From NCBI GenBank assembly GCA_963815195.1, contig CAWFGE010000012.1, positions 288,001 through 352,000 of the forward strand: DNA of 64,000 bases, given 5' to 3'. Below, one piece after another: positions 23,001 to 31,637 of this stretch. The number at the start of each line of letters is the position of its first letter. Position 1 is the first letter of the stretch. A program made the translations under genes and the position numbers. The notes beneath the pieces were generated by a model. That model did not search any database. It was not told where the DNA came from and worked only from the letters and a program-made list of their open reading frames with translations. The DNA comes from an uncultured Planctomycetaceae bacterium. Lineage in GTDB: Bacteria; Planctomycetota; Planctomycetia; Planctomycetales; Planctomycetaceae.

Positions 23001-23265
23001 CCTTGTGCTGATAATAACACAGGCCCAAGTGATATTGGGCCAAGGGAAACCGCTCATCTTTTGGATGGTTTTTGAGGAACTCTTTCCAGCGCTCGATCGC
23101 CTGCGGGTAATGGCCTTTTTTCTCGAAACCCAGGGCCACCGCATAATCCCGCGTGGCGGCGTTTTCGGTTTGGGCGTTCAAAACAGCGGGGAAGAAAGTC
23201 AGCGACGCACCGGCGAGGAACACCGCCAGCACCAACACAATTCGGCCGCGAGTGGGCATGGACAT
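20095..23265 (-). CDS. Large secreted TPR-repeat protein (CpoB/YbgF-, BamD-like repeats)
   Basis: Signal peptide (…FFPAVLNA-Q) followed by many A.Y.LG...F....P.S TPR units over about 1050 aa. Confidence 0.9.
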   Translation of the reverse strand: MSMPTRGRIVLVLAVFLAGASLTFFPAVLNAQTENAATRDYAVALGFEKKGHYPQAIERWKEFLKNHPKDERFPLAQYHLGLCYYQHKDFSHAAEAFEQLLARHKDFAHRDAAEFNLGLVYYQQAAASAKPADYQKAAKSFADMQSRHPKSTQAAQAGWYQAECQYQAGDKPAAVKTYLQVINAHKDSPLLPEIYLAAGTTQHELEQHAEAEKSFQTFLNRFGKHPQVPEAKLRLGMVKMSRAQFADAERYFREAAAVKEFPLADFAELQRGQALFQQEKFPEAAQVLESLPSKFPESTYLADSLIAAGKSRYRAGKFPEAERSLKELLAKRKESPHAAEAAYWLGQTLRSQKRSPEAVQVLDAAIASPAAGEMKPQLEFARLEALADQPNEAQASLKRFADFAAGHQQHPLAAEALYRAARAALEVADYPAGRQHAAAFLAKTDAEKHPLWGEVVFIAGECELLQEKPDYAKAEKLYRELIAKKSDHPQTPIARVRVGHCLFASGQHDPATVWLNECVKQISDKPLLAEAHFLIGRSYAAKEQHKQAIQAFERSRQADPDWPRGDEVLLALAAEREADKNPQAAMGDLNQLISRYPKSELLPHAYSRLGRLKMEEKKWDEAANYYRQVVAKFPEHELAPLAQYRLGACAFQKPDQNAAVKELSQLLSKWPKSEVAANGRYLRGASYYQLKQYPQAIADLGAYLAANPDDAECKAEARLTLALSQSAQKDYHKAATALETLLKESPQSPKADQAHYELAFAYQNLKQADKAAETFEHLAATFPESPLAAEALFRVGEYHTANSKLDEALKSFQGGLAKAGEPELKELLLYKIARVQYDRKAYAEAVAELKKLLADFPKSTYRDDAVSLQAESLYIQDKIEQAFPLYAELAKSPSEEYQPRAHYRAGQCATRLKQWADAEKYFGAVVDRFSKFPQHVEARYGLAFALQNQKKFDPARSHYQQVLKDTETETAARARFMLGECDFAQQKFDSAWEHYLEAALGYPYEEWKVQGHYQAARCFVQLKKPAKAREELEFVIEKFPQHALVKDAQKLLKTVP

Positions 23266-23794
23266 CGAGACTCCTTCCCAATTCGGTTGATTGCACCAAA
23301 GGTTCGTCACGCTTGCATTACGGTTCAGTTTGCATCAATGATTTCTGATATGCAAGAGGTCGGGCCGAGCGAATGGTTCGTAAAGCTGTGCGTCATATTC
23401 CCAAAAATCCGAACGGCCGGTGCTCTGCTTATAAATCGTCTCGGCCAGACGAGCGAAGCCGCCGAGGGAAATCTCCGCGCCCGGCGAATAAATCTCGGGC
23501 AGCGATCGGCAATGGGGGCTTGTTATTTTTTACGCTATCGCTGCGAGAGGGATTGTGTCAAGGATTGTTGCGAATCGAGCTTCGGGAATTCCGTCCGCCT
23601 ACAATACCTGACTTCTTTGCGCCACAAGCCCGTTTACAATCCTAAGCCGATCGAACAAAAGGAGTTGGGGTTCTCAATTGAGTAATTCCCCGTTCAGCGC
23701 ATTTTTGAACATTTTTTGCTTTCGCAGCGAAGTGGCTTGGAGTAGGGTAGTGGGAATTGGTAACCATTTGGTCCCTCTGCCGAAAGGAACTCAG

Positions 23795-24298
23795 ATGATG
23801 ATGAATCCGCTGGCGAAACGATGGCCGTGTCTCGTCCTTGTCTGCCTCACCAGTCTGCCGATTGTCGCGGATGAGCCGAAGGCCAAGCCCGGCACTGCCG
23901 AGGCCACTCCCGAAGGGGCCTGGCGGCTGGTGGGTTACAAATCCGGAAATGCGCAAGAGTTTTCCGCTCTTCCCGAGGGCTACGAACAAACCAAGTTGGT
24001 GACGGGCGGCCGCTTCGTGTGGACCTTGGTCAAAGAGGGCGTGATCGTCCGCTCGGGCGGAGGCCGATGCAACATTCAAGGAAACAATTACACGGAACGC
24101 GTGGACTTCGTTTTCAGCGACCGAGACAAGTGGCTCGTCGGTCGCGAACATAAATTCCAATGGAAGATTGTGGGAAATTCGTGGCGGCACGAAGGCACGC
24201 TCAAAGGCGAGAAGGGTGAGACGAAGATTCTGGAGGTTTGGGATCGGATTGATCCCGTCACCGAGGCTCAACCCAAATCGGATCAATCCGCCAAGTAG
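23795..24298 (+). CDS. Secreted hypothetical protein, lipocalin-like beta-barrel
   Basis: Signal peptide; EGAWRLV N-terminal and EVWDRI C-terminal motifs; AAGGA RBS. Confidence 0.6.
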   Translation: MMMNPLAKRWPCLVLVCLTSLPIVADEPKAKPGTAEATPEGAWRLVGYKSGNAQEFSALPEGYEQTKLVTGGRFVWTLVKEGVIVRSGGGRCNIQGNNYTERVDFVFSDRDKWLVGREHKFQWKIVGNSWRHEGTLKGEKGETKILEVWDRIDPVTEAQPKSDQSAK

Positions 24299-24339
24299 GC
24301 GTGTCGCTTGTGGGACAGCGGAGCCTGTCGCTTTGGGCT

Positions 24340-25137
24340 TCAGCGCTTCTTGAGGCAACAGTGCTTGTATTTCTTGCCGCTGCCGCACGGGCACAGATCG
24401 TTCCGTCCCACTTTCACTTGCCTGGAAGGTCCCATTCGCGGGCCGGGATGCGGCATACTTTGACCGGCGTCTTCATAACGGATATGGCGCGAGGCACCTG
24501 CGCTCAAGCAGGTTTTGATCAGATTTGCCGGGTCATATTTTCCGGACTCTTGGGATGTCATGGCCTTCCCCAATTGATTCACCAGATCGTTCGGCTCGCC
24601 TTTCGGCATGAGTCCAATCGGGATGGCCGCTCCGCATGTCATCGAGAAGTCATCAAAACTCATGATCCGCGAGGCAAGAACGACGCCCGGTTTCCCCGAA
24701 TTGCCGAATCCCACATCGACAATCAAAACGTGCCGGTCCGAAACCACGTCGCGCGCGGTGATGCCGACGTTGGGAATCACGCTTTCCGCGACAAAGACGG
24801 AATAGAACGCCTCGCGCATGGCGTTCAAGCACTGCATTTCTTCCGAGTCCGGCGGAGGCGGGGAATCTTGGAGAAACCGCTCGACCGCATTCCGGCCGTT
24901 CCGGTACACGTCGTAAATGCAATAATCCATCAACACGGACGTCTCGTCGTCCGTCTTGAACACGAGTATGCCGCCTTGAAGTAAGCCCAGCTTCCTGCCG
25001 CCTTCGTCCATTTGGTCTTTGGAAAGCGTCTTGACCAATTGATGGTTCAGTTTGACGGATGCGGCGCGCAGACGCTTGTACCGTTTGACAATGTCGTCGT
25101 AGTTGACTTGTCGATCTCGTGTTTCGTCACTCATCAT
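24340..25137 (-). CDS. SEC-C metal-binding motif protein
   Basis: C-terminal [20 protein letters not shown]-terminal domain not recognised. Confidence 0.85.
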   Translation of the reverse strand: MMSDETRDRQVNYDDIVKRYKRLRAASVKLNHQLVKTLSKDQMDEGGRKLGLLQGGILVFKTDDETSVLMDYCIYDVYRNGRNAVERFLQDSPPPPDSEEMQCLNAMREAFYSVFVAESVIPNVGITARDVVSDRHVLIVDVGFGNSGKPGVVLASRIMSFDDFSMTCGAAIPIGLMPKGEPNDLVNQLGKAMTSQESGKYDPANLIKTCLSAGASRHIRYEDAGQSMPHPGPRMGPSRQVKVGRNDLCPCGSGKKYKHCCLKKR

Positions 25138-25160
25138 CTGAAAATCCTAAAAACGTGACT

Positions 25161-25916
25161 CTACGCGGTTTCGCCCGCGGTCCACTCCAACAGTTGCTGG
25201 AGGAACTGCGCGTAATCGCCGCCGACTTCGACAGGCTGGCTATTTGGGGCCTCTGCAGAAATGCGGGGCGTGCCCCAATCGATCAAGGGGCCGACCCAAT
25301 GCGGGGCGACGTCGGTCAAGAACGCAGCGGTGCGGCCTTGCTGAAATTGGCCGACGACCAACAACGGCAACCGCTCGATGATTTGGAACGTGAACAGGTT
25401 TTCGTCCTGCAACTTGGCGTCGAAGAGGCACGCTTCCAGGATCACCTCGGCATCGGGCTTGGCTTGGACCTGGTTCAAGCCGCCGATGACCGGGGGCCGG
25501 TCTTCCCAAGGCAGGCCGTCGAGGATGGAATGCTCCTTCAGCCGGCGCACGAGCACGGGGACATCGCAGTTCCGGCGGTCGTCGCGGTTGGCGATTTCGA
25601 CAGGCAGGACGTTGCCGATCGGGGTGCCGTCCCAAGCGCCGCCCAAGCCGTGAAACGACTCCCAACCGCCGATCATCAATAATCCCGCCCCGCCCGCCAC
25701 CTGGTCGAGCAGGGCGTGTTGCGCCTCTTCGCCAAGGTTCGCGGCCGGAAAATCGCTGAGGATGATTAAACCATAGTCGCCGGCCAACTCTTCGGGCAAC
25801 GGCTGGGCGTCGCTGGGGAAATAGTCGAACGTCCAGCTCCAATGGTGCATCAGTCCCGCAAGATACGCGGCGGCGGCCTGCAAATGCGTATCACCCAAAT
25901 ACAAGAGATTCTTCAT
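25161..25916 (-). CDS. Class I glutamine amidotransferase-like protein (DUF1355 type)
   Basis: IILSD, GAGLLMIGGWESF, VLPV, PLLVVGQFQQGRT and DVAPHW motifs. Confidence 0.8.
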   Translation of the reverse strand: MKNLLYLGDTHLQAAAAYLAGLMHHWSWTFDYFPSDAQPLPEELAGDYGLIILSDFPAANLGEEAQHALLDQVAGGAGLLMIGGWESFHGLGGAWDGTPIGNVLPVEIANRDDRRNCDVPVLVRRLKEHSILDGLPWEDRPPVIGGLNQVQAKPDAEVILEACLFDAKLQDENLFTFQIIERLPLLVVGQFQQGRTAAFLTDVAPHWVGPLIDWGTPRISAEAPNSQPVEVGGDYAQFLQQLLEWTAGETA

Positions 25917-26022
25917 CGCAAAAACCCCTCCGGGTGGATTGCAAGTTAACGACCTGTGGCATAGGGTGACGCGAAATTCGGAAGGGGCAATCAACTCGCA
26001 CCATTTCACGAAGAGTAGCAGC

Positions 26023-27234
26023 ATGAGCTTGGGCAATGCAATTGTCGGGCAATCCGGCGGACCGACTTCGGTCATCAATGCGTCCCTGGCGGGCGTTGTC
26101 GAGACGGCCCTCAAAAGCAAAAAAATCGGCCGGGTCCTGGGGATGCGGTTCGGCATCGAAGGCGTCTTGGGCAATTATCTCTTGGACTTTGGGAATGAAT
26201 CGCCGCAAACGATCAAAGCCTTAAAGACGACGCCGAGCAGTGCGCTGGGTTCGAGCCGGCTGAAACTCAAGGAAGAGCATTTCGAGCCGATCGTGAAGCA
26301 ACTGAAGAAATACGACATCCGCCATTTCTTCATGATCGGCGGCAACGACACGATGGACACCATTCATCGCATCGTCGAGCATGCGGGCGCGGCCGGCTAT
26401 GAATTAATCGGCGTGGGGATTTGCAAAACGGTGGACAACGACCTCGCCGGCACCGACCACACGCCGGGTTATCCGTCCGCCGCCCGCTATGTTGCCTTGA
26501 GCGTGCAGCAGGCGGGACTCTTGGCCCGCGACATGCAGCGGGTCGATCAGTTTGTGATCTTTCAAACCGTCGGCCGAAGCGCCGGTTGGCTGCCCGCGGC
26601 GGCGGCTTGCGCAAAGCGTTCGTCCGCGGACGCTCCGCATCTCATTTTGCTGCCGGAACGGCCTTTCCAGCGGGACAAGTTTCTGGAAGCGGTCGCGACG
26701 GCGCATAAAAAGTACGGGTTTGTATCAATTGTCACCGGCGAGGGGGTGACGAATCCCGACGGCTCCCCCGTGAGTGCTTCCCAAACCCGCGACAAGTTCG
26801 ATAACATCGAGTTCGGCGCGATGGGCGGAACGAGTGCCGCGATGGTGTTGCATCAGATCATCAGCCGGGAGTTCGGCTGGCGGGGCGAGTTTCAGGTGAC
26901 GGAGTCCCTCGGAATGTGTGCCGCCGACCGCGCGGTGAAGTTGGACATCGACGAAGCCTTCGGCTGCGGCAAAGAGGCGGTGAAGCTCGCCGAGAAAGGC
27001 GAAAACGGCGTGATGGTCACGATCCAGCGAACCTCCAAACCGACTGAACCCTACCGGGCCGAGTTCGGCACGATCCCACTCGCCGCGGTCGCGGGCACCG
27101 AACGCCCGATGCCGGACAATTACATCAGCAAAGACGGAATGTTCGTGACCAAAGCCTTTTTGAATTACGCCCAACCGCTCGTGGGCGAGTTGCCGGAGTA
27201 TGCGAACCTCACCATCAAACGGGCGAAACCGTAA
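26023..27234 (+). CDS. pfp: Phosphofructokinase, probably PPi-dependent
   Basis: GQSGGPTSVIN, GGNDT (Asp rather than Gly) and KTVDND (Lys), residues diagnostic of PPi use. Confidence 0.85.
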   Translation: MSLGNAIVGQSGGPTSVINASLAGVVETALKSKKIGRVLGMRFGIEGVLGNYLLDFGNESPQTIKALKTTPSSALGSSRLKLKEEHFEPIVKQLKKYDIRHFFMIGGNDTMDTIHRIVEHAGAAGYELIGVGICKTVDNDLAGTDHTPGYPSAARYVALSVQQAGLLARDMQRVDQFVIFQTVGRSAGWLPAAAACAKRSSADAPHLILLPERPFQRDKFLEAVATAHKKYGFVSIVTGEGVTNPDGSPVSASQTRDKFDNIEFGAMGGTSAAMVLHQIISREFGWRGEFQVTESLGMCAADRAVKLDIDEAFGCGKEAVKLAEKGENGVMVTIQRTSKPTEPYRAEFGTIPLAAVAGTERPMPDNYISKDGMFVTKAFLNYAQPLVGELPEYANLTIKRAKP

Positions 27235-27264
27235 ACCTTCGTGTGACTTTGAGGGAGGTGCGAA

Positions 27265-27612
27265 ATGCCTGCATTTGTCGAACGGCGCAAACCGATTTCT
27301 AAAACGGCGATAATGCTTTCTGTTATGTTTTGGATCGGTTTTGTTGTTGCCATCGTTTCCAGAGGAGCCCCCACTTGGCAGAATCATGGGCCTGATGCGG
27401 GGCCAGGTTTCGTTCGCAGAGCATCGGAACCACAACTGTACTATTGGATGACGGGGTTCTATTTGTTTGTGGCGTTGCTTTCTTCGGTTTTTGCGTTCTT
27501 TAGGTTTCCTGGGGTTACGATTCTGCACATTCGCTTGTTGTTTTTGTTGGCATTCTTACTCTTGCTCGCTCCCATGCTTTACTTCATGATTATTGGGGCA
27601 TCAGGTCCATAG
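27265..27612 (+). CDS. Hypothetical membrane protein (3 TM)
   Basis: GGAGG RBS, hydrophobic segments, AT-richer codons. Confidence 0.55.
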   Translation: MPAFVERRKPISKTAIMLSVMFWIGFVVAIVSRGAPTWQNHGPDAGPGFVRRASEPQLYYWMTGFYLFVALLSSVFAFFRFPGVTILHIRLLFLLAFLLLLAPMLYFMIIGASGP

Positions 27613-27641
27613 GGCTTGATGCTTTGAACGACTCGGATGGA

Positions 27642-27650
27642 TGGTATAAT
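27642..27650 (+). promoter_or_regulatory. Extended -10 promoter, probably giving a leaderless mRNA
   Basis: TGGTATAAT followed 6 nt later by ATG 27657; no SD sequence. Confidence 0.7.
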
Positions 27651-27656
27651 ACCGTT

Positions 27657-28016
27657 ATGATTCCCAAGCTCTCTGCCGAACAACGTCAGGCCCTGGATGA
27701 AGGCGAGGGTCGGCCGATCATTGTGATCGATGCCGACCGCGGGCAGCGGTTTTTGCTGATACCGGAAACCCACGATCAGGCCCGCGGGCTCGTGGAGAAT
27801 TCCACTGGGGACGAAACTTGGACCGAAGAAAAGGAAACGCGACGCCGCGAGCTGATTGATAAAGACATCGCGGGCACGCTGAAGGCCGACGAACGAACGG
27901 AACTCGCCGTCCTGGATTGGCAAGGGAACACCCATTACGACAAGATCGCCCCCCGCCCGTTGGAGGGGATTCGCCAACTCCACCAGCAGCTTTTGGACAA
28001 ACGTGATCAGCCGTGA
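27657..28016 (+). CDS. Small hypothetical protein, antitoxin-like partner of the HNH gene
   Basis: 119 aa; overlaps the downstream HNH gene; LSAEQRQAL...P..VID N-terminus. Confidence 0.65.
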   Translation: MIPKLSAEQRQALDEGEGRPIIVIDADRGQRFLLIPETHDQARGLVENSTGDETWTEEKETRRRELIDKDIAGTLKADERTELAVLDWQGNTHYDKIAPRPLEGIRQLHQQLLDKRDQP

Positions 28017-28614
28017 ATCCGCTCCGTTCACTTATCCTCGTCAAACCATCGCCAGGCGGCATGGTCCCGAAGGTTACGTCGATTACAAGTCGTATCGCCC
28101 TTGGCTCCGCGATGAGTTTAGTTTTCGCTGCGCCTATTGTTTGATGCGCGAACGGTGGGGCCGCGTGACGGGGCAATTTGATTTGGATCATTTTGTGCCA
28201 CAAGTTCAATCGCCGGATGAGCCGCCGGTTTATGAGAATCTCGTTTATGCTTGCCACTCCTGCAATTTGCGAAAGCGAGATTTGAATCTGCCTGAAGTTT
28301 TCATCACCGCCGAAGATGTCCGGGTCTATGAGAATGGTCAGATGGTTGGATTGACTCCCGAAGCGGATCGGATCATTCGATTGCTTTACTTGAATACTCC
28401 GCAAACGATCGAATGGCGACGGCTTTGGATTCGGTCGGTTCAATTGGCGGCGGAGTTCGATCAGGATCTGTATGACCAATTGATGGGGTATCCGGACGAT
28501 CTTCCAAACCTCGCGCGGCTTAATCCTCCTGGAAATCATAAGCCCGCAGGGATCGCGGTGAGCCACTTTGCTCGTCAAAAGCGAGGGGAATTGCCTGCAA
28601 CCTACCTCACTTGA
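28003..28614 (+). CDS. HNH endonuclease
   Basis: CAYC...DLDHFVP...NLVYACHSCNLRK. Confidence 0.88.
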   Translation: MISRESAPFTYPRQTIARRHGPEGYVDYKSYRPWLRDEFSFRCAYCLMRERWGRVTGQFDLDHFVPQVQSPDEPPVYENLVYACHSCNLRKRDLNLPEVFITAEDVRVYENGQMVGLTPEADRIIRLLYLNTPQTIEWRRLWIRSVQLAAEFDQDLYDQLMGYPDDLPNLARLNPPGNHKPAGIAVSHFARQKRGELPATYLT

Positions 28615-28692
28615 TGGCTCGCGATGTAACTTAGTCTCCCAGCTCATGGAGCTTCCTCGAAGTCAGTCAAAGCGATAATGGGAAACACGACG

Positions 28693-29721
28693 ATGCATTT
28701 GATGCGAGAAAAGTACAGCAAGTTCGGTTTAGTGCGAGATATGCTCTCGACGCCGGAGATCATTGCGGGATTTGACGCCGATCAAGCCAAGGACACCGCC
28801 GCCGAGATTGCAGCGGTCGGGCGGTTGTTGTTGACGGGCGAAGGATCGAGCCGGATTTTCCCAGCGAAGTGCGCAATCGCCCACGCTCAGAAAATGAGCT
28901 GGCCGTTGGCCCTGTTCACCGAAGCGGGCCAGCAGGCTTGGGAATATAATCTGTCGCAAACCGCTGTGTTCGCGGCGTCCAATTCGGGCAAGACGGCCGA
29001 GGTCATCGGGCTGTTTGAACGCCTGAAAGAAAAAAACCATCCGCACACTTACAGCCTGACCGCCTTTGAGGACACCCGGCTCGAAGCCCTCGCGAAAACA
29101 GGCTACGTCCTCACCTGCGGCGAGGAAGGCGCGGTGGCGGCGACGAAAAGCGTAATCGAGCAGGCCTTGTTTTATCGCAGTCTGTTGGAACACGCCGCGA
29201 AAGCCCCAGCCCTCAAGGCGAACCTGTCGGACTTGTCCGAGGCGTTCGATCAGGCTTTGCAGCTTTCGGTCGATGACGAGTTGGTCGAAGCCGCGGCCAA
29301 GGCTCGCACGATTTATTGGGCGGGGCGGAACAACGGCGTCGCGGAGGAACTCACGCTCAAGACCAACGAGATCACAAGAAAACCGGCCGACTTTTTGGAG
29401 GGCACTTATGCGGTGCATGGGATTGAGGAAGTCATGTCCGCGGAAGACGTGTTGATTTGGATCGACCCCTATCCGTCAGCAGAGAACAAATTCCACGAGG
29501 TTCTGGAAAAAGGCGTGGGCCTCAAAATCTTCGCCATCGCCGACCGCGAAACCCGCTTCCCGACGCTGGCGATTCCTGAAATGGACAGCCTCTCGCCCTT
29601 CGTACAAATGGCCGCGGGCTGGAATGTGCTGGTGGAAGTCGGATTGAGGCTGGGCATCGACATCGACAAGCCGGAGCGAGCCCGCAAAGTCGGCAATGAA
29701 TACGCTCCTGCCGGCCAATGA
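28693..29721 (+). CDS. SIS-domain sugar-phosphate isomerase/deaminase (GlmS C-terminal-like)
   Basis: LTGEGSS, SNSGKT, E.AVAATKS, ELTLKTNEI and HG; terminal P..ARKV. Confidence 0.8.
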   Translation: MHLMREKYSKFGLVRDMLSTPEIIAGFDADQAKDTAAEIAAVGRLLLTGEGSSRIFPAKCAIAHAQKMSWPLALFTEAGQQAWEYNLSQTAVFAASNSGKTAEVIGLFERLKEKNHPHTYSLTAFEDTRLEALAKTGYVLTCGEEGAVAATKSVIEQALFYRSLLEHAAKAPALKANLSDLSEAFDQALQLSVDDELVEAAAKARTIYWAGRNNGVAEELTLKTNEITRKPADFLEGTYAVHGIEEVMSAEDVLIWIDPYPSAENKFHEVLEKGVGLKIFAIADRETRFPTLAIPEMDSLSPFVQMAAGWNVLVEVGLRLGIDIDKPERARKVGNEYAPAGQ

Positions 29722-29745
29722 ACAACCAACGACTGAGAGCAAATT

Positions 29746-29803
29746 GGGTGGCGTGGCGAACGCGAAGACCACGCCCTTCGCTGCGCTCAGGGGCGTGCCA
29801 CCC
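29746..29803. repeat. REP-like element (GGGTGGC...GCCACCC family), related to 45877-45955
   Basis: Reverse complement GGGTGGCACGCCCCTGAGCGCAGCGAAGGGCGTGGTCTTCGCGTTCGCCACGCC closely matches the sequence starting at 45877. Confidence 0.75.
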
Positions 29804-29818
29804 GTGCCGGGGCGATGA

Positions 29819-30232
29819 TTACTCGGAATAGTCGTTCCGCAATTTCGGATCCGCCGAGAAATACTCGACGAACTCCCATTCGTTATCGTCGTCATCGTGG
29901 AAGTAAATCCGTTTGCGGTGGGGGTGGGGGTCGACTTGCATCCCTTCTTTGTATCCGGCGTTCTTAAGAGCCTGCGCCACGGCGTCCGCATCCTCCACGA
30001 CAAAACCGATGTGATTGACTCCCAACTCCTCGTAAGCGCGATGGGGAGCCGCTTCGTCCGGGATGACTGAGACGGCAATATAGGTCTCCGCGTTTCCCAC
30101 ATGCGCCCATTCGCGACCGTTCGAAAATCCCCGGTGTCTGACAGAAAACTCCGGGATGGCCGTGGTCAGAAAGCGAATGGCCTCATCCAAATCGCGCACG
30201 GTTAAGTTGGCATGTTCCAGATAGACGGACAC
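29819..30232 (-). CDS. VOC/glyoxalase family protein
   Basis: LEHANLTV.D, NHIGFVV and YFHDDDDNEWEFV. Confidence 0.88.
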   Translation of the reverse strand: MSVYLEHANLTVRDLDEAIRFLTTAIPEFSVRHRGFSNGREWAHVGNAETYIAVSVIPDEAAPHRAYEELGVNHIGFVVEDADAVAQALKNAGYKEGMQVDPHPHRKRIYFHDDDDNEWEFVEYFSADPKLRNDYSE

Positions 30233-30256
30233 GACGCAAATCCCCTTGTCGAAGAC

Positions 30257-31060
30257 TCACAAACCCAAAACGTCAGCCATGGTATACAGCCCGGGCCCTT
30301 GGGTGAAGAGGTATTTCGCGGCGGCGAGGGCACCGTAGGCGTAGCTGTCGCGAGTGTGGCCGCGGACGTCGATGTCGATCGTCTCGCCGATCAATCCGAA
30401 CACGATCGTGTGCTCGCCGACGTTGTCGCCCGTGCGGAGGGCGTGGTAGCCGATCTCGGTCGGCTTGCGGGCACCGGGCCGACCGTGCCGGCCGTGCACG
30501 TGTTCGGTCTGGCCCATTTCCTCGGCGATGATCTCGCCGAATTTGAGGGCCGTCCCGCTGGGGGCGTCTTCCTTAAAGCGGTGATGGCGTTCGATGATCT
30601 CCACGTCCACGCCGCTTTCGACGTGTTTCAAAACCCGCGCGGCTTCGCGGACGAGTTTCATCGTCAGATTGACCGCCAGGCTCATGTTCGGGGCCACGAT
30701 CACCGGGGCGGTTTGAGAGGCGGTCATCACCGTTTCGCGTTGCTCGTGGGTCAATCCCGTGGTGGCGGCGACCAGGGCGATTTCCCGCTGGCCGCAGACC
30801 TCGGCGATTTTGGCGAGTCCCGCCGGCGTGGAAAAATCGATGATCACATCCACGTGGTCGCCCAACTCCTCCGCGATGGCGAGGCCGATGTTCCCGATGC
30901 CCGCAACTTCGCCGGCGTCCCGCCCCAAAGCCGGGCTGTTTGCCGATTCAAGAGCGGCCGCGAGGGACAATTGCGGATCCGCATGCACCAGGGCCGCGAT
31001 GCGCTGCCCCATCCGCCCCGCCGCCCCGTTGACGCCCACCCGTATCGCTACCGATGACAT
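30257..31060 (-). CDS. dapB: 4-hydroxy-tetrahydrodipicolinate reductase
   Basis: GAAGRMG, IDFS and ERHHRFKEDAPSGTA. Confidence 0.96.
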   Translation of the reverse strand: MSSVAIRVGVNGAAGRMGQRIAALVHADPQLSLAAALESANSPALGRDAGEVAGIGNIGLAIAEELGDHVDVIIDFSTPAGLAKIAEVCGQREIALVAATTGLTHEQRETVMTASQTAPVIVAPNMSLAVNLTMKLVREAARVLKHVESGVDVEIIERHHRFKEDAPSGTALKFGEIIAEEMGQTEHVHGRHGRPGARKPTEIGYHALRTGDNVGEHTIVFGLIGETIDIDVRGHTRDSYAYGALAAAKYLFTQGPGLYTMADVLGL

Positions 31061-31122
31061 GAAAGTTTATCCTTGGTCCATTGTGTTTTTCATTCGCGCG
31101 TGTTGACAATGCGTTCAAGAAA

Positions 31123-31518
31123 TCATGGGGCTGACGCCCCACGCTCGCCCTTTTCCTCTGCATCACGATGCACGGTGTCCGGAGAGAACGCGGGGAGACA
31201 GACGGCGATATACTCCGCTCCCTCCGGTTCGGGCGAACTGTACCGAACCCATTCCCCCGCGTGGGCGATCACCGCCTGGCCTGCTTTCACATCCATCGTA
31301 CCGGCGGCGTGCTCGACTCTCAACAGCCCCTGGAGGACCACGGTGTATTCATCGAACGCCGGCCGCTGCCCCGGCTCCGACCAACCGGCCGGGCTTTGCA
31401 TGTGGGCGATGCTCAGCGCGGCTGTTCCGGAATTCACCCGGCCGATATATTCCCGAATGATCTTGGGCGGCTGCCCCGCGGCTTCGACCTGCTTCGGCTC
31501 GACAATGTGCGTGGGCAT
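31123..31518 (-). CDS. Cupin domain protein
   Basis: GWSEPGQRPAFDEYTVVL.G, GEWVRYS and AVCLPAFSPDTVHRD. Confidence 0.85.
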   Translation of the reverse strand: MPTHIVEPKQVEAAGQPPKIIREYIGRVNSGTAALSIAHMQSPAGWSEPGQRPAFDEYTVVLQGLLRVEHAAGTMDVKAGQAVIAHAGEWVRYSSPEPEGAEYIAVCLPAFSPDTVHRDAEEKGERGASAP

Positions 31519-31565
31519 GATGTTCCTTCCGGGACAAATGAGGGTGTGCAATTCAATTTGTTTGG

Positions 31566-31625
31566 GACATTCGGATTTTGGGTTTTTGGATTTGTTTCGT
31601 ATTTCGACATTCGGATTTCGGATTT
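31566..31625. repeat. Heptamer-periodic (TTCGGAT-like) intergenic repeat, homologous to 50406-50446
   Basis: Reverse complement AAATCCGAAATCCGAATGTCGAAATACGAAACAAATCC matches AATCCGAAGTCCGAATCTCGAAATCCGAAACAAATTCC at 50406. Confidence 0.7.
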
Positions 31626-31637
31626 GCCCGCGCCGGC

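Noticed and set aside
20461..23685. Long plus-strand ORFs (590 and 476 aa), and similar antisense ORFs at 14694-16328, 37459-39585 and 59065-60834
   Set aside because: Antisense shadows of well-supported genes in GC-rich DNA, with no recognisable motifs.
24340..25137. secA
   Set aside because: Only the short SEC-C motif is present; there are no helicase motor domains.
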